64,000 nucleotides of DNA from Schwartzia sp. (in: firmicutes). Its GTDB lineage: Bacteria; Bacillota; Negativicutes; Selenomonadales; Selenomonadaceae. The stretch spans positions 3,795 through 67,794 of the forward strand of contig JAFSWT010000136.1 of NCBI GenBank assembly GCA_017444395.1. The letters are read 5' to 3'. Made by a program: the position numbers and the translations under genes. Below, one piece after another: positions 52,790-62,025 of the stretch; position 1 is the stretch's first letter, and the number at the start of each line of letters is the position of its first letter. Below the pieces are notes generated by a model. That model worked only from the letters and a program-made list of their open reading frames with translations, searched no databases and was not told where the DNA came from.

Positions 52790-53713
52790 TCACCCGTCTT
52801 CCGCTTCGGCGTAACCGACGCCGGAAGCGCCCATGCCATTGCCGTTGTAGAAAAGATAAAGCCGGTCCTTATAGCGCACCTGCACCGGATAGCAGGCCAT
52901 CTCCGCGTCCCAGCCGGCCGCCGATTTCAAAAGTTGCGCCTTATCGTCCCCGTCGAGGCGCGTCCAGTCCGTGCCGTCCTCCGACCGGGCATAGCCGATC
53001 ACGTATTCCTTGGTGACGAAGTCCCGGGTATAGAACATCTCATAGCCGCCGTCCGCCCGCGGATAGACCTTGGGCCGGCCGATGCGATACTCCTCCGGCG
53101 ACGTCGTCACGCAGCGGCAGTCGTCCACCGCCGGGATATGCGTCCCGTCCGCCGAGAAGGTGTACCAGATGTCATAAACGGGGTAAGGGACGCCGTGGAT
53201 GACTCTCCAGTCGTCGATGATGGCGTAGTAGATCCGGTAGCCGTCCCGCTCTTTGAGAACCGTATGGATGCAGCGGCCATAGCGGCCGGTATCCGAACGG
53301 TCCATGACCGGCGCCTGGGAATACCGCCGGAAATGGCGGCCGCCGTCGTCGCTGACCGCCAGGCCGGTAAAGGCGTAGAACTTGACGTTGGCGACGTGCT
53401 GGAAGCCGACGTAATACAGGCGGAGCTGCCCGCCGTCCTCAATGACATCCCCGAGGATGACGCCGTTATCGTCAAAGCAGCCGGGCGCCCCCAGATCCAG
53501 CGCCGGCTCGTCATAAACGGCCACGACCTCGCCGGGATTTTCGGCGGCGACGTCAATCCAGGCGATGCGGCTGGCGCCCTTCGCGTCCCGGATGCCGCCC
53601 CAGAGACGGATGACGTCTCCCATGAGCCGGGCGTGGGGCGTCATGAAGCCAGTCACGTCCCAGCCGTGTTTTCCCTCCGGGCAGAAAATCAGGCCCTTCT
53701 TTTTCCATTTCAT
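52790..53713 (-). CDS. Beta-propeller (GH43/GH130-like fold) protein of unknown role
   Basis: 307 aa. It has repeated D-G/W blade-like motifs. The stop lies 4 nt from the next start. Confidence 0.45.
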   Translation of the reverse strand: MKWKKKGLIFCPEGKHGWDVTGFMTPHARLMGDVIRLWGGIRDAKGASRIAWIDVAAENPGEVVAVYDEPALDLGAPGCFDDNGVILGDVIEDGGQLRLYYVGFQHVANVKFYAFTGLAVSDDGGRHFRRYSQAPVMDRSDTGRYGRCIHTVLKERDGYRIYYAIIDDWRVIHGVPYPVYDIWYTFSADGTHIPAVDDCRCVTTSPEEYRIGRPKVYPRADGGYEMFYTRDFVTKEYVIGYARSEDGTDWTRLDGDDKAQLLKSAAGWDAEMACYPVQVRYKDRLYLFYNGNGMGASGVGYAEAEDG

Positions 53714-53725
53714 GCCATCAAGTCC

Positions 53726-54415
53726 TCATATCCCGAAAACGATTTTACTGGAGAGCCGTTCCGCCTTGGCCGGCAGAGCGCGGTAAACCTGCCCCGGGGC
53801 GGTATCCTTCATCAGCGCCACCCCGCCGCCGACGAAGCAGTTCTCCGCCACGGTGACATTATCCCCCAGGGCGCTGTTGATGCCCAGAAAGCAATACGGG
53901 CCGATATGGCAATACCCCGACACCGCCACATGGGAGGACAGGAACACGTGATCCTCAACGACGGAACGATGCCCGATATGGTTGCCGCTCCACAGGACCA
54001 CGTCGTTGCCGACGATCACATTCCGTTGCAGGACGTTGTGCTCCAGGATGAAACAGTTGTCGCCGACGCGTACTTTGCTACCGATGAAGGCCCGGGAACT
54101 GACATAGGAGACGAGGGTATAGCCCATCGCCTTCATGGTCTGGTACAGGCGGGCCCGGTCGTGATTCAGCCGGCCGTAGGCCATGGCGACGAAAGCCTTG
54201 TACCGCGCCGCCGGATAGCGTTCCGGCAGTACCTCCAGCGGCAGTACCGGGCAGCCGTCCAGCTCCTTCAGATCGGGACGCTTTTCCAAAAACGCCCCCT
54301 CCGCCGCGAAAGCCCTGACCGTATAGGGGGAGTCCAGGGTGAAATAATCGGCTGCCAACTCCGCCGTTTCCCCAATGCCAATGATTACGATATCACATTC
54401 TTTTTCCGGTTTCAT
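53726..54415 (-). CDS. NeuD/PglD/VioB-like hexapeptide sugar N-acyltransferase
   Basis: The N-terminus is a Rossmann-like IVIIGIGETAEL. The C-terminus carries left-handed beta-helix repeats (IGDNCFILEHNVL...VGNDVVLWSG...IGPYCFLGINSAL). Confidence 0.8.
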   Translation of the reverse strand: MKPEKECDIVIIGIGETAELAADYFTLDSPYTVRAFAAEGAFLEKRPDLKELDGCPVLPLEVLPERYPAARYKAFVAMAYGRLNHDRARLYQTMKAMGYTLVSYVSSRAFIGSKVRVGDNCFILEHNVLQRNVIVGNDVVLWSGNHIGHRSVVEDHVFLSSHVAVSGYCHIGPYCFLGINSALGDNVTVAENCFVGGGVALMKDTAPGQVYRALPAKAERLSSKIVFGI

Positions 54416-54642
54416 GATGATTTCCCCGCCGCGACAAGCCGCAATAAATCGCCTATCGTCCGGCTTTTCACGATCTCTTTTACCGGCACGACCACATCGT
54501 AAATTTCATCGATGGCCGCCATGACTGCCATGGCCGCCAGCGAGTCCCAATCCTCTTCCGTTATGGCACGATTATCCGTTATCGTATCTACAGGAATATC
54601 GAATATCTCGGCCAATCGTGCGAAAAATTCCGTTGTTTCCAA
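54412..54642 (-). CDS. Acyl carrier protein
   Basis: 76 aa. It has a DWDSLAAMAV phosphopantetheine-Ser motif and an ATGA overlap with the acyltransferase gene. Confidence 0.8.
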   Translation of the reverse strand: METTEFFARLAEIFDIPVDTITDNRAITEEDWDSLAAMAVMAAIDEIYDVVVPVKEIVKSRTIGDLLRLVAAGKSS

Positions 54643-54675
54643 AAAAACGCCTCCCGTTCCGGCGACTGTCCGGAA

Positions 54676-55473
54676 TCAAATCACCCAGTACGACCGGTCG
54701 GGCAGAATCTGCGACCGCCTGACCTGCACCTGATTCAGTTGCGCCAGCTCCTTCAGGGCGGCGGTTTCCCCCGGATAGTCGGCGTCGCCGAGCTCGTCGA
54801 ACACGATGACGCTGCCCTTGACGCAGTTCTTCAGCACCTGTTCCAGGCAGACCTTTGTCGGCTCATAGAGCGCCAGATCGAAATACGCCAGGGCGACGAT
54901 GGTTTCCGGATTCTCGGCGAAGTACCGGGGCACCGTCTCGGTGACGTCTCCCTTGACGAACGTCATCTTCTTGATGTTGTACATGGCGTTCTCGTCTTCA
55001 TGGTACTGGGCCAGCGCGTTCAGGTAGTCACAGTAATCCTCGGACACGGCGTAGCCGCCGCCCTTGATGATATCCGAGCGCTTGTCCGCGTCCCCGATGG
55101 AGCTTTCCGGATAGCCCTCGAAGGTGTCGAAGCCCACCAGCCGCCGGGCGTGGTTGTACGGCTCGTGCATGGCGCGCAGGTTCTCCATGACGATGGCGTC
55201 CTGCCCCCACCAGAGGCCGAATATCATGATTTTCCCCGGGATGTCCAGGATTTTCCGGTACATCTCGTCCAGGAAGAAGATCTTCGCCAGGGCGGAGCTG
55301 CGGATGTAGAGCCCCATATTGGTCAAGAGGTGCTCGTCGGGCAGCGGACGGCGCCGGAACAGATCCAGCAGGTTCTTGCGGACGGCTTTCTTGCGCTCGT
55401 CGGTCTTGGAATGAAGCGAGTATCCCCCGCCCACCGTTGCCGTTGTGTCCTTCTTTGATATCAAATCGCTCAT
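54676..55473 (-). CDS. TylF/MycF-type class I SAM-dependent methyltransferase
   Basis: 265 aa. It has the LWWGQD...GFDTFEGYPE...VFDELG pattern of macrocin-O-methyltransferase-like proteins. Confidence 0.65.
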   Translation of the reverse strand: MSDLISKKDTTATVGGGYSLHSKTDERKKAVRKNLLDLFRRRPLPDEHLLTNMGLYIRSSALAKIFFLDEMYRKILDIPGKIMIFGLWWGQDAIVMENLRAMHEPYNHARRLVGFDTFEGYPESSIGDADKRSDIIKGGGYAVSEDYCDYLNALAQYHEDENAMYNIKKMTFVKGDVTETVPRYFAENPETIVALAYFDLALYEPTKVCLEQVLKNCVKGSVIVFDELGDADYPGETAALKELAQLNQVQVRRSQILPDRSYWVI

Positions 55474-55483
55474 GTCTTTCCTC

Positions 55484-56461
55484 CTATGGTATCCGTATCA
55501 GACAGCCGCCCCAGGAATAGCCGACGCCGAAGCCCATCAGCATGACCCGCATGCCGCTTCTCACGGCGCCGCGCTCCAGAGCCCGGGCCAGGGCGATGGG
55601 GATGGAGGCGGAAACGGTGTTGCCGGTATCCGCCAGATCGAGGCAGAACTTTTCCGGGGGGATTTTCAGCTTCTTGCGCAAATGCTCCAGCATGAAGGCG
55701 TTGGCCTGATGGAACACAAAATAATCGATCTCTTCCATGGCACAGCCGCTCGCTTCCAGAAGCCGCCGCGCCGTCTTTGGCACGGCCCGCAGGGTAAACT
55801 GGAAGATTTCCGGTCCGTCCATGAAGAGATGCGGCGAGGCCCCTTCCTCCCGCCGGCCGGCGCGGCCGCGCACGATCAGGTTTTCCGCCCCGGTGCCGTC
55901 GGTGCCGAGGACGAAGGGGCCCATCGGCTCGTCCGCCGCCGTATCCTCGCCGGCAATCCAGACGGCGGCGGCGCCGTCCCCGAAGATGGGGCGCGTCGTC
56001 TTGTCGTCCGGGGCCAGATATTTCGAATACGTTTCCGCCATGAGCAACAGGACGTTGCGGGCCGTCCCGCTCTCGATAAGCCCCTTAGCGACAGCCAGGC
56101 CGTAGAGGAAGCCGGAGCAGCCCTGATTGATGTCCAGCGCCCCCGAGGCAGTGGAGAGCCCCAGCCGCTGTTGCAGCAGGCAGGCGGTGGCGGGCAGGAC
56201 GTAGTCCGGGCTCTGGCTGCAAAAGAGCAGGAAGTCCGTTTTTTCCCGCAGTGCCGGTGCCCGCCGGAAAAGCCGCTCCGCCGCCCGCGCCGCCAAATCC
56301 GAGGCGCACTCGTCCGGGGCGGCGATATGGCGTTGCCGGATGCCGGTCTTGGCATAGATATCCTCCGCCGGCCAGTCCAGCGCCATCTGCCGCACCAGGA
56401 ATTCGTTGTCCTCGACCGCCGCCGGCAGCTCGCAGGCAATGGCTTTCAGGCAGGCTTTCAT
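55484..56461 (-). CDS. 3-oxoacyl-ACP synthase III (FabH-like)
   Basis: 325 aa. It has the active-site context INQGCSGFLYGL and the motifs FVFHQAN and GNTVSASIP. Confidence 0.9.
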   Translation of the reverse strand: MKACLKAIACELPAAVEDNEFLVRQMALDWPAEDIYAKTGIRQRHIAAPDECASDLAARAAERLFRRAPALREKTDFLLFCSQSPDYVLPATACLLQQRLGLSTASGALDINQGCSGFLYGLAVAKGLIESGTARNVLLLMAETYSKYLAPDDKTTRPIFGDGAAAVWIAGEDTAADEPMGPFVLGTDGTGAENLIVRGRAGRREEGASPHLFMDGPEIFQFTLRAVPKTARRLLEASGCAMEEIDYFVFHQANAFMLEHLRKKLKIPPEKFCLDLADTGNTVSASIPIALARALERGAVRSGMRVMLMGFGVGYSWGGCLIRIP

Positions 56462-58851
56462 CGCGCGTCTCCTTCTGTCCCTGCCGATGGCGGCAGGAAA
56501 ACCGTGAATTTCTTTAAGAAGCGTTCGAGATAGCCCCGCCGGAAAGCCTCGGTTTCCACCGGAGTCGGATTGAGATTGCCCGGCGCCGGCGTCTCGATGT
56601 ACTGATGTAATTTCGCCCGGAACTCCGCCGGCCGGACCACCGCCCGGTCAATGTCCTTTTCCAGCGAGGCCCGGTAAGCGGGATCGGTGACGAAGCGGCT
56701 CATCGCCGCCTGAAGTTTTTCCGGGGTATCGAACTCGATGCCCAGCGTTTCCTGGCCGATGAGGCTCTCGCCCAGCGCGTCGTCCTGCCGGAGCGTCAGC
56801 GGCGCCCGGCCCGCCATGGCGGCAAACTGCATCATCAGCGTCCCGCCGAGGGGATAGGTATTGAGGTACATATCCACCTGCCGCAGCAGCGCGAACAGGT
56901 CCTTTCGTTCCGCCGTAAAAAACACCCGGCCCGGGAACTCTGCCATCAGTTCCCTCAGATAGGTATCATCCCCGCGTCCGGCGTACCAGAACTTCACCTG
57001 CGGATGACGCGTCAGGCATTCGGCGACGATCCGGTAGTAGGTTTTTTCCTCGTCCATCGTCTTGTAGAGCGCCCCGCCGGAGAAAATGACGAAATCCCCC
57101 GGTGTCCTTGGGAACGGGTAGCCCTCGAATTCATGCTCCTGATTGAGGGCCGGATAAAACGGCAGCATCAGCAGCTTTTCCCGGGGAATCTTCCGGTAGG
57201 CGGTGGAAACATACGCCCCGTAATTCCGGAACTCCAGGCAGTAATCGAACGCGTTGCGCCCCAGCCAGAAAGCGTGGTCGGTGAGGTTCACCAGATACCG
57301 CGTCATCGAACCCGCGAAGTGCATGAAAGCGAGAATGCCGGCGACATCGTAGGGCCAGGTATATAGGAAGCCGGCCCGGGGCCGGTATTGCCGTATGGTC
57401 TGGCAAATGGCGGCATACGATGAGAAAAGCGGTTCCTTGGGATACGTGAGAATCGTAGCGCCGTGCCGGCGAAGCACCGCTTCCAGGGTAGGTATACGGT
57501 CGCGAACCACCTCGGGGACAAGATAGAGAATATGATACCCTAAAGCGCCCAAGGCCTCCAGATAAATCTGCGCCAACCCCCGAGTATCCAGCCCGAAGGC
57601 GTCAAAGAAAAGCACTGTCGCCCGGTCTGGGACCGAATAGCCGAAGTCATTTTCCTTTCCGAGAAACAACGCTGTCTCCTGCAGACAATCCTCCAGAAAT
57701 TCGTCGGTATATTCCTGATTATAGTGATACAGGAGGCTTGCCAGGGTCATAACACTCCGTAAAGCCCCTTCCCGGTTCCCCTGCTTCATGAGGGCGGCAA
57801 TATCGCCTTTTTTCCGCCGAATGTCCTGCTCGAAGACATGCCGCTTGCTCTTCAGAGAAAGCGGTGGAACCGTATCGGGGGAGCGCCGGCATTCTGTCAG
57901 CGGGCTGAAGACGTCGTCGCTCAAGCCGTAAAGCCGCCGGAGGTCAAAATCCTCGCCGTTCTCCCAATAGGAAAGGCTACGGCCGCTTTTCGTCGTTATG
58001 AGATAATCCGCACTCCGCAGGGCAGCGCGGGGAACGGCACCCGCCTTTCGCAGGAACGCCAGCAGAGGAGATTGCGCCTTTCCCCGGCATAGTTCCTGTA
58101 CCATCGCCGGAAGTCCGCTGCCGTCCTCGTCCACCTCGACGAGCAGGGCGACGGTGTCCCCAGCGTGAAACCGCTCTATGTACTGTGCCAGAACGTGGCG
58201 GCAAATTTCCTCGCCGTCCTCCTTCAATGCCGGAGCGAAGAAACAGATGGTCCGCCCCTCCCGCTTCATTGTCTCCAATGCTTTGCCCGGGACCGGCGGC
58301 GGGGGCAGGGGATGACTGTCGAGGAACGCGGCGATATCCGTCACCTGCGCCAATTCCCGCACCCGCGCCGACGGCCAGTTCCACCACTGTAGGGACAATA
58401 GCTTTTTGACCACATCCGCAGGAAAACGGTACCATACAACCTGCGCTGGATTGCCAGCAACAGCAGCGTAGGGGGGCACGTCCCGCGCCACCACGGCGTC
58501 CGGCTGCACCACCGCCCCGCTGCCGACAGCGACGCCCCCCAGAATCGTCACGCCGCTTCCAATCCGCACATCGCTGCCGATGAGGACCTGGCTGGCGTCG
58601 CTGCCCCAGATGTCCGGGGCGATTTCCGCCGCCGGCGCGCCGGCTTCCTCTCCGTCCAGGCAAATCGTCACATCCTTCTCAAGGACGGAATAGTTCCCGA
58701 TCAGGACGCTGCCCGCCGCCCGGCAAAGGCGCACCGTGGCCCCCAATACCCGGGAGCCGCGGCCCACCGTCAGCAGGCGGGGAAGGCCCGGCGGCGAGAA
58801 GCTCCGCGTCTTTTCCTCGTCGGGGATTTCCAGTTGTACCGGTATATTCAT
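56458..58851 (-). CDS. Fusion of an N-terminal hexapeptide acyltransferase and a GT41-like (GT-B) C-terminal domain
   Basis: 797 aa from MNIPVQL. The LbH repeats are VLIGSDVRIGSGVTILGGVAVGSGAVV. The C-terminal VDMYLNTYPLGGTLMMQFAAMAGRAPLTL resembles the GT41 catalytic lobe. Confidence 0.6.
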   Translation of the reverse strand: MNIPVQLEIPDEEKTRSFSPPGLPRLLTVGRGSRVLGATVRLCRAAGSVLIGNYSVLEKDVTICLDGEEAGAPAAEIAPDIWGSDASQVLIGSDVRIGSGVTILGGVAVGSGAVVQPDAVVARDVPPYAAVAGNPAQVVWYRFPADVVKKLLSLQWWNWPSARVRELAQVTDIAAFLDSHPLPPPPVPGKALETMKREGRTICFFAPALKEDGEEICRHVLAQYIERFHAGDTVALLVEVDEDGSGLPAMVQELCRGKAQSPLLAFLRKAGAVPRAALRSADYLITTKSGRSLSYWENGEDFDLRRLYGLSDDVFSPLTECRRSPDTVPPLSLKSKRHVFEQDIRRKKGDIAALMKQGNREGALRSVMTLASLLYHYNQEYTDEFLEDCLQETALFLGKENDFGYSVPDRATVLFFDAFGLDTRGLAQIYLEALGALGYHILYLVPEVVRDRIPTLEAVLRRHGATILTYPKEPLFSSYAAICQTIRQYRPRAGFLYTWPYDVAGILAFMHFAGSMTRYLVNLTDHAFWLGRNAFDYCLEFRNYGAYVSTAYRKIPREKLLMLPFYPALNQEHEFEGYPFPRTPGDFVIFSGGALYKTMDEEKTYYRIVAECLTRHPQVKFWYAGRGDDTYLRELMAEFPGRVFFTAERKDLFALLRQVDMYLNTYPLGGTLMMQFAAMAGRAPLTLRQDDALGESLIGQETLGIEFDTPEKLQAAMSRFVTDPAYRASLEKDIDRAVVRPAEFRAKLHQYIETPAPGNLNPTPVETEAFRRGYLERFLKKFTVFLPPSAGTEGDAR

Positions 58852-59104
58852 AGAGTGTCCGTATCCTTTTCGTTTCCCGGCAAACGCCGGAACATGATTG
58901 ATGACTGGAAACAGTATAATAGAAATATAGGGAAAAAGCAATGGGGAAAGCCGCCCGCCGGGGTAATCCACCCGCTATGCCCCGTCGTCTCCCGCCGCTA
59001 CAGGGCGCCTGCTTTTTTCCGCCGGGTGATTGCCGCCGGGGGAAAAACATGATATAATGGCGGCAAAGGATGATTTGCCGGCTCTAAGGAATGAGGTGCG
59101 TAAC

Positions 59105-59665
59105 ATGAGCATGATAGGATCCGTTGGCAGCGGGAGCCCTTACGGGGGCAATTACGAGTGGAACAACCGGAACAACGCCTATGGCGGCACAGAGCCCTAC
59201 GAAAACGAGGGCGCTTATGGCCCCCAGACGGCGGATGGCGACAAGCAGGGGCCGATCCTGAACTCCGGCTCGACGGAGAAAGCGCCGGGGCGGCGGTCGT
59301 CGCCGGCCGAGTGCCAGACCTGCAAAAACCGGAAATATCAGGACGGCTCGGACGAGATGGTCTCCTTCAAGGCGGCCGGTCATATCGCGCCGGGCAACGC
59401 CGCGGCGGTGGTGATGGGGCATGAGCAGGAGCACGTGTCCAACGCTTACCAGAAGGCGAAGGCAGGCAACGGCGAAGTCCTCCGCGCGTCGGTGCGGCTC
59501 AAAACTGATGTCTGTCCCGAATGCGGCCGGACCTTCATCTCCGGTGGTGAGACCACAACACAGATTCGTTACTATAACGAAACGAACCCCTATCAGAAGG
59601 ACATGAAGGAATCGGATGCCGACAACAAATATCGCGGCGCGAACGTCGATATCGAGGCCGGTTGA
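59105..59665 (+). CDS. SprA-related family protein candidate
   Basis: CQTCKNRKYQDGSDEMVSFK...HEQEHV...CPECG is the pattern I recall for the SprA-related family (PF12118). Confidence 0.5.
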   Translation: MSMIGSVGSGSPYGGNYEWNNRNNAYGGTEPYENEGAYGPQTADGDKQGPILNSGSTEKAPGRRSSPAECQTCKNRKYQDGSDEMVSFKAAGHIAPGNAAAVVMGHEQEHVSNAYQKAKAGNGEVLRASVRLKTDVCPECGRTFISGGETTTQIRYYNETNPYQKDMKESDADNKYRGANVDIEAG

Positions 59666-59798
59666 AGAAGAAGGCGCTTTCCCTTGCGGAGAGCGCCTTT
59701 TCTCGTTTTTCTCCCCCGTTATGTGCCTAAAACAAAATTCTATAACGCGAACGAAAAATCCATGTGTAACGCCGCAAATCCAGCGTTACAAAAACCGC

Positions 59799-59840
59799 AA
59801 AAAATCACCGGCCCGCGCAAAGCAGACCGGTGATTTTTTG
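59799..59840. terminator. Bidirectional terminator downstream of rubrerythrin
   Basis: AAAAAA-TCACCGG...CCGGTGA-TTTTTT. Confidence 0.7.
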
Positions 59841-59867
59841 TCGTTCGTTCGGCGATGCCGATATGCC

Positions 59868-60410
59868 TTATTTGAAATAACGATCCAGCAGTCCCTTGAA
59901 GCCGCAGCCGTGACGGGCCTCGTCCTTCGCCATCTCGTGAACGGTGTCGTGGATGGCGTCCAGACCTTTCTCCTTCGCCAGCTTCGCCAGCTCCATCTTG
60001 CCGGCGCAGGCGCCGTGCTCGGCGTCTACCCGCATGGCGAGGTTCTTCTTCGTGCTGTCGGTCAGGACTTCACCCAGCAGCTCCGCGAACTTCGCGGCGT
60101 GCTCCGCCTCCTCGAAGGCGTACCGCTTGAACGCCTCGGCCACCTCGGGATAGCCCTCCCGGTCCGCCACCCGGCTCATGGCCAGGTACATGCCTACCTC
60201 GGAGCATTCACCGGTGAAGTTCATGCGCAGCCCCTCGAGGATCTTCTCATCGACGTCCTTGGCAACGCCCACGACGTGTTCCGTCGCGAAGGTCAGGTCG
60301 CCCGACTGCTCGTTGAACTTCGACGCCGGCGCCTTGCAGACCGGACACTTTTCCGGTGGCTGATCGCCCTCATGGACATACCCGCAGACGCTGCAAACCC
60401 ATTTTTTCAT
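59868..60410 (-). CDS. Reverse rubrerythrin (N-terminal rubredoxin-like + ferritin-like diiron domain)
   Basis: The rubredoxin part is [12 protein letters not shown]...CPVCKAP. The diiron ligand contexts are EAEHAAKF and EARH. Confidence 0.9.
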   Translation of the reverse strand: MKKWVCSVCGYVHEGDQPPEKCPVCKAPASKFNEQSGDLTFATEHVVGVAKDVDEKILEGLRMNFTGECSEVGMYLAMSRVADREGYPEVAEAFKRYAFEEAEHAAKFAELLGEVLTDSTKKNLAMRVDAEHGACAGKMELAKLAKEKGLDAIHDTVHEMAKDEARHGCGFKGLLDRYFK

Positions 60411-60570
60411 TGTGAATTCCTCCTTTTTCCTAAACGATAGAAATGCGGTATCTACCTATGAATTATACAAGCCGGTGGCTGTTTCCACAAGAGGGAGCGC
60501 AAAAAAAGGGAGACGGTTCGGATCGTTCACCTTTTCCGTCCCCCCCGGTCTCCCCCCGATGGTTCCCTTG

Positions 60571-61824
60571 TCACTCCAGCCGCGTATCCTTCCGGGACGC
60601 CCGGCGGACCGCCTTCTCCAGTAGCCGTGTCACCGTGAGGATATCTTCCATCTTCGCCGACTCGTTGGGATTGTGGCTCAAACCGTCCTTGCAGGGGATG
60701 AAAAGCATTCCCGCCGGCACCCGCTCCGCCCAGTGCATGGCGTCGTGACCGGCGCCGCTGGGCATCCGCCGGTAGGAGCAGCCGCTCTCCCGGGCAATCT
60801 CTTCCAGAAAGTCCAGCACCTTCGGCGAAATGGCCACCGGCCGCTCATCGGAGATGGGCTCAATGTCGACGGCAACGCCCCGGCGCTCCCCGATTTCCCG
60901 GACCCGCCGCTGCAGTCGCTTCGCCACCCGGGCCTTGACATCATCATCGATGCTGCGAATATCGACCCCCAGCGTCGCGGTGCCGGGAATGACGTTCATC
61001 ACCCCCGGCTCGATTTGCAACATCCCCACCGTTGCCACCGCCGGCGGATCGTTCTCGGCCTGCGCCAGCACCTCCGCCGCCAGGACGATCTCGGCGGCGG
61101 CGCAGGCAGCGTCATGGCGAAGCGCCATCGGCGTCGCCCCGCTGTGGTCGGCGCTGCCCGTCAGCCGCACCCGGAACCGCGTCGGCGCCGCGATGCCGGT
61201 GACGAGGCCGATTTCCTTCCCCTCATGCTCCAGCACCTTGCCCTGCTCTATATGCACCTCGAAAAACGCCTTCACCGGCCCGGGATGAAGCGGCTTTCCC
61301 AGCGCCTCGGGCTCGAGGCCCCGCGCCGTCATCGCCTTGTAGAGCGATATGCCGTCCTTGTCCCGGTAGCGATGCGCCTCCTCCACGGTCAGTTCGCCCA
61401 GCATAGCCCGGCTGCCCAGCGTCGCCGCCCCGAAGCGGCTTGACTCCTCGCAGAGGAAGAGCACGACCTCCAGCGGATGCTCCGGCCGGAATCCATCCTC
61501 GTTGAGGCTCCGCGCCGTCTCGATGGCCGCCAGGATGCCCAGGACGCCGTCGAAATTGCCACCCCCGGGCACACTGTCGGCATGGGAACCGAACAGCACC
61601 ACCGGAAGCGCCGGATCGGTGCCTTCCATCCGCCCGATGACATTGCCGAAAGCGTCCTCCCGCAGCGCCAATCCCGCCTCCTGCATCAGCCTCATCAGAT
61701 ACGTCCGCCCCTGCCAGTCAGCATCGGTAAAAGCCAGCCGGTAAATGCCGGGGCCTCCCTCCCCGGGGGCGGAAATCCCCCTCATATGCGCGAACTGCGC
61801 CTCCAAACGCGCTCTGTCAATCAT
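60571..61824 (-). CDS. M20 family amidohydrolase (allantoate amidohydrolase / N-carbamoyl-L-amino-acid hydrolase type)
   Basis: The start is trimmed to MIDRARLEA, with RBS GGGAGGTG upstream. It has FGSHADSVPGGGNFDGVLG and GAGHDAM motifs. Confidence 0.85.
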   Translation of the reverse strand: MIDRARLEAQFAHMRGISAPGEGGPGIYRLAFTDADWQGRTYLMRLMQEAGLALREDAFGNVIGRMEGTDPALPVVLFGSHADSVPGGGNFDGVLGILAAIETARSLNEDGFRPEHPLEVVLFLCEESSRFGAATLGSRAMLGELTVEEAHRYRDKDGISLYKAMTARGLEPEALGKPLHPGPVKAFFEVHIEQGKVLEHEGKEIGLVTGIAAPTRFRVRLTGSADHSGATPMALRHDAACAAAEIVLAAEVLAQAENDPPAVATVGMLQIEPGVMNVIPGTATLGVDIRSIDDDVKARVAKRLQRRVREIGERRGVAVDIEPISDERPVAISPKVLDFLEEIARESGCSYRRMPSGAGHDAMHWAERVPAGMLFIPCKDGLSHNPNESAKMEDILTVTRLLEKAVRRASRKDTRLE

Positions 61825-61933
61825 GCGCCCACCTCCCGTAATCTCTTTCAATTGTAGTGCTTCCGCCGGGACAAAGCAACTCAAAAATCGGGAAAAATCT
61901 CATAATAATATTGTATACATGCGCCGCGAACAG

Positions 61934-61962
61934 TTGACAAGCGCCGGCAGCGGCCCTATAGT
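61934..61962 (+). promoter_or_regulatory. Promoter of the DcuC-like transporter gene
   Basis: TTGACA, a 17-nt spacer, then TATAGT. Confidence 0.5.
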
Positions 61963-62025
61963 ATATGGGATATCATTACCGGCGCCCGAAAAGCGCCTAT
62001 TCTTTTGTCGTAAGGAGGTTTTCTT

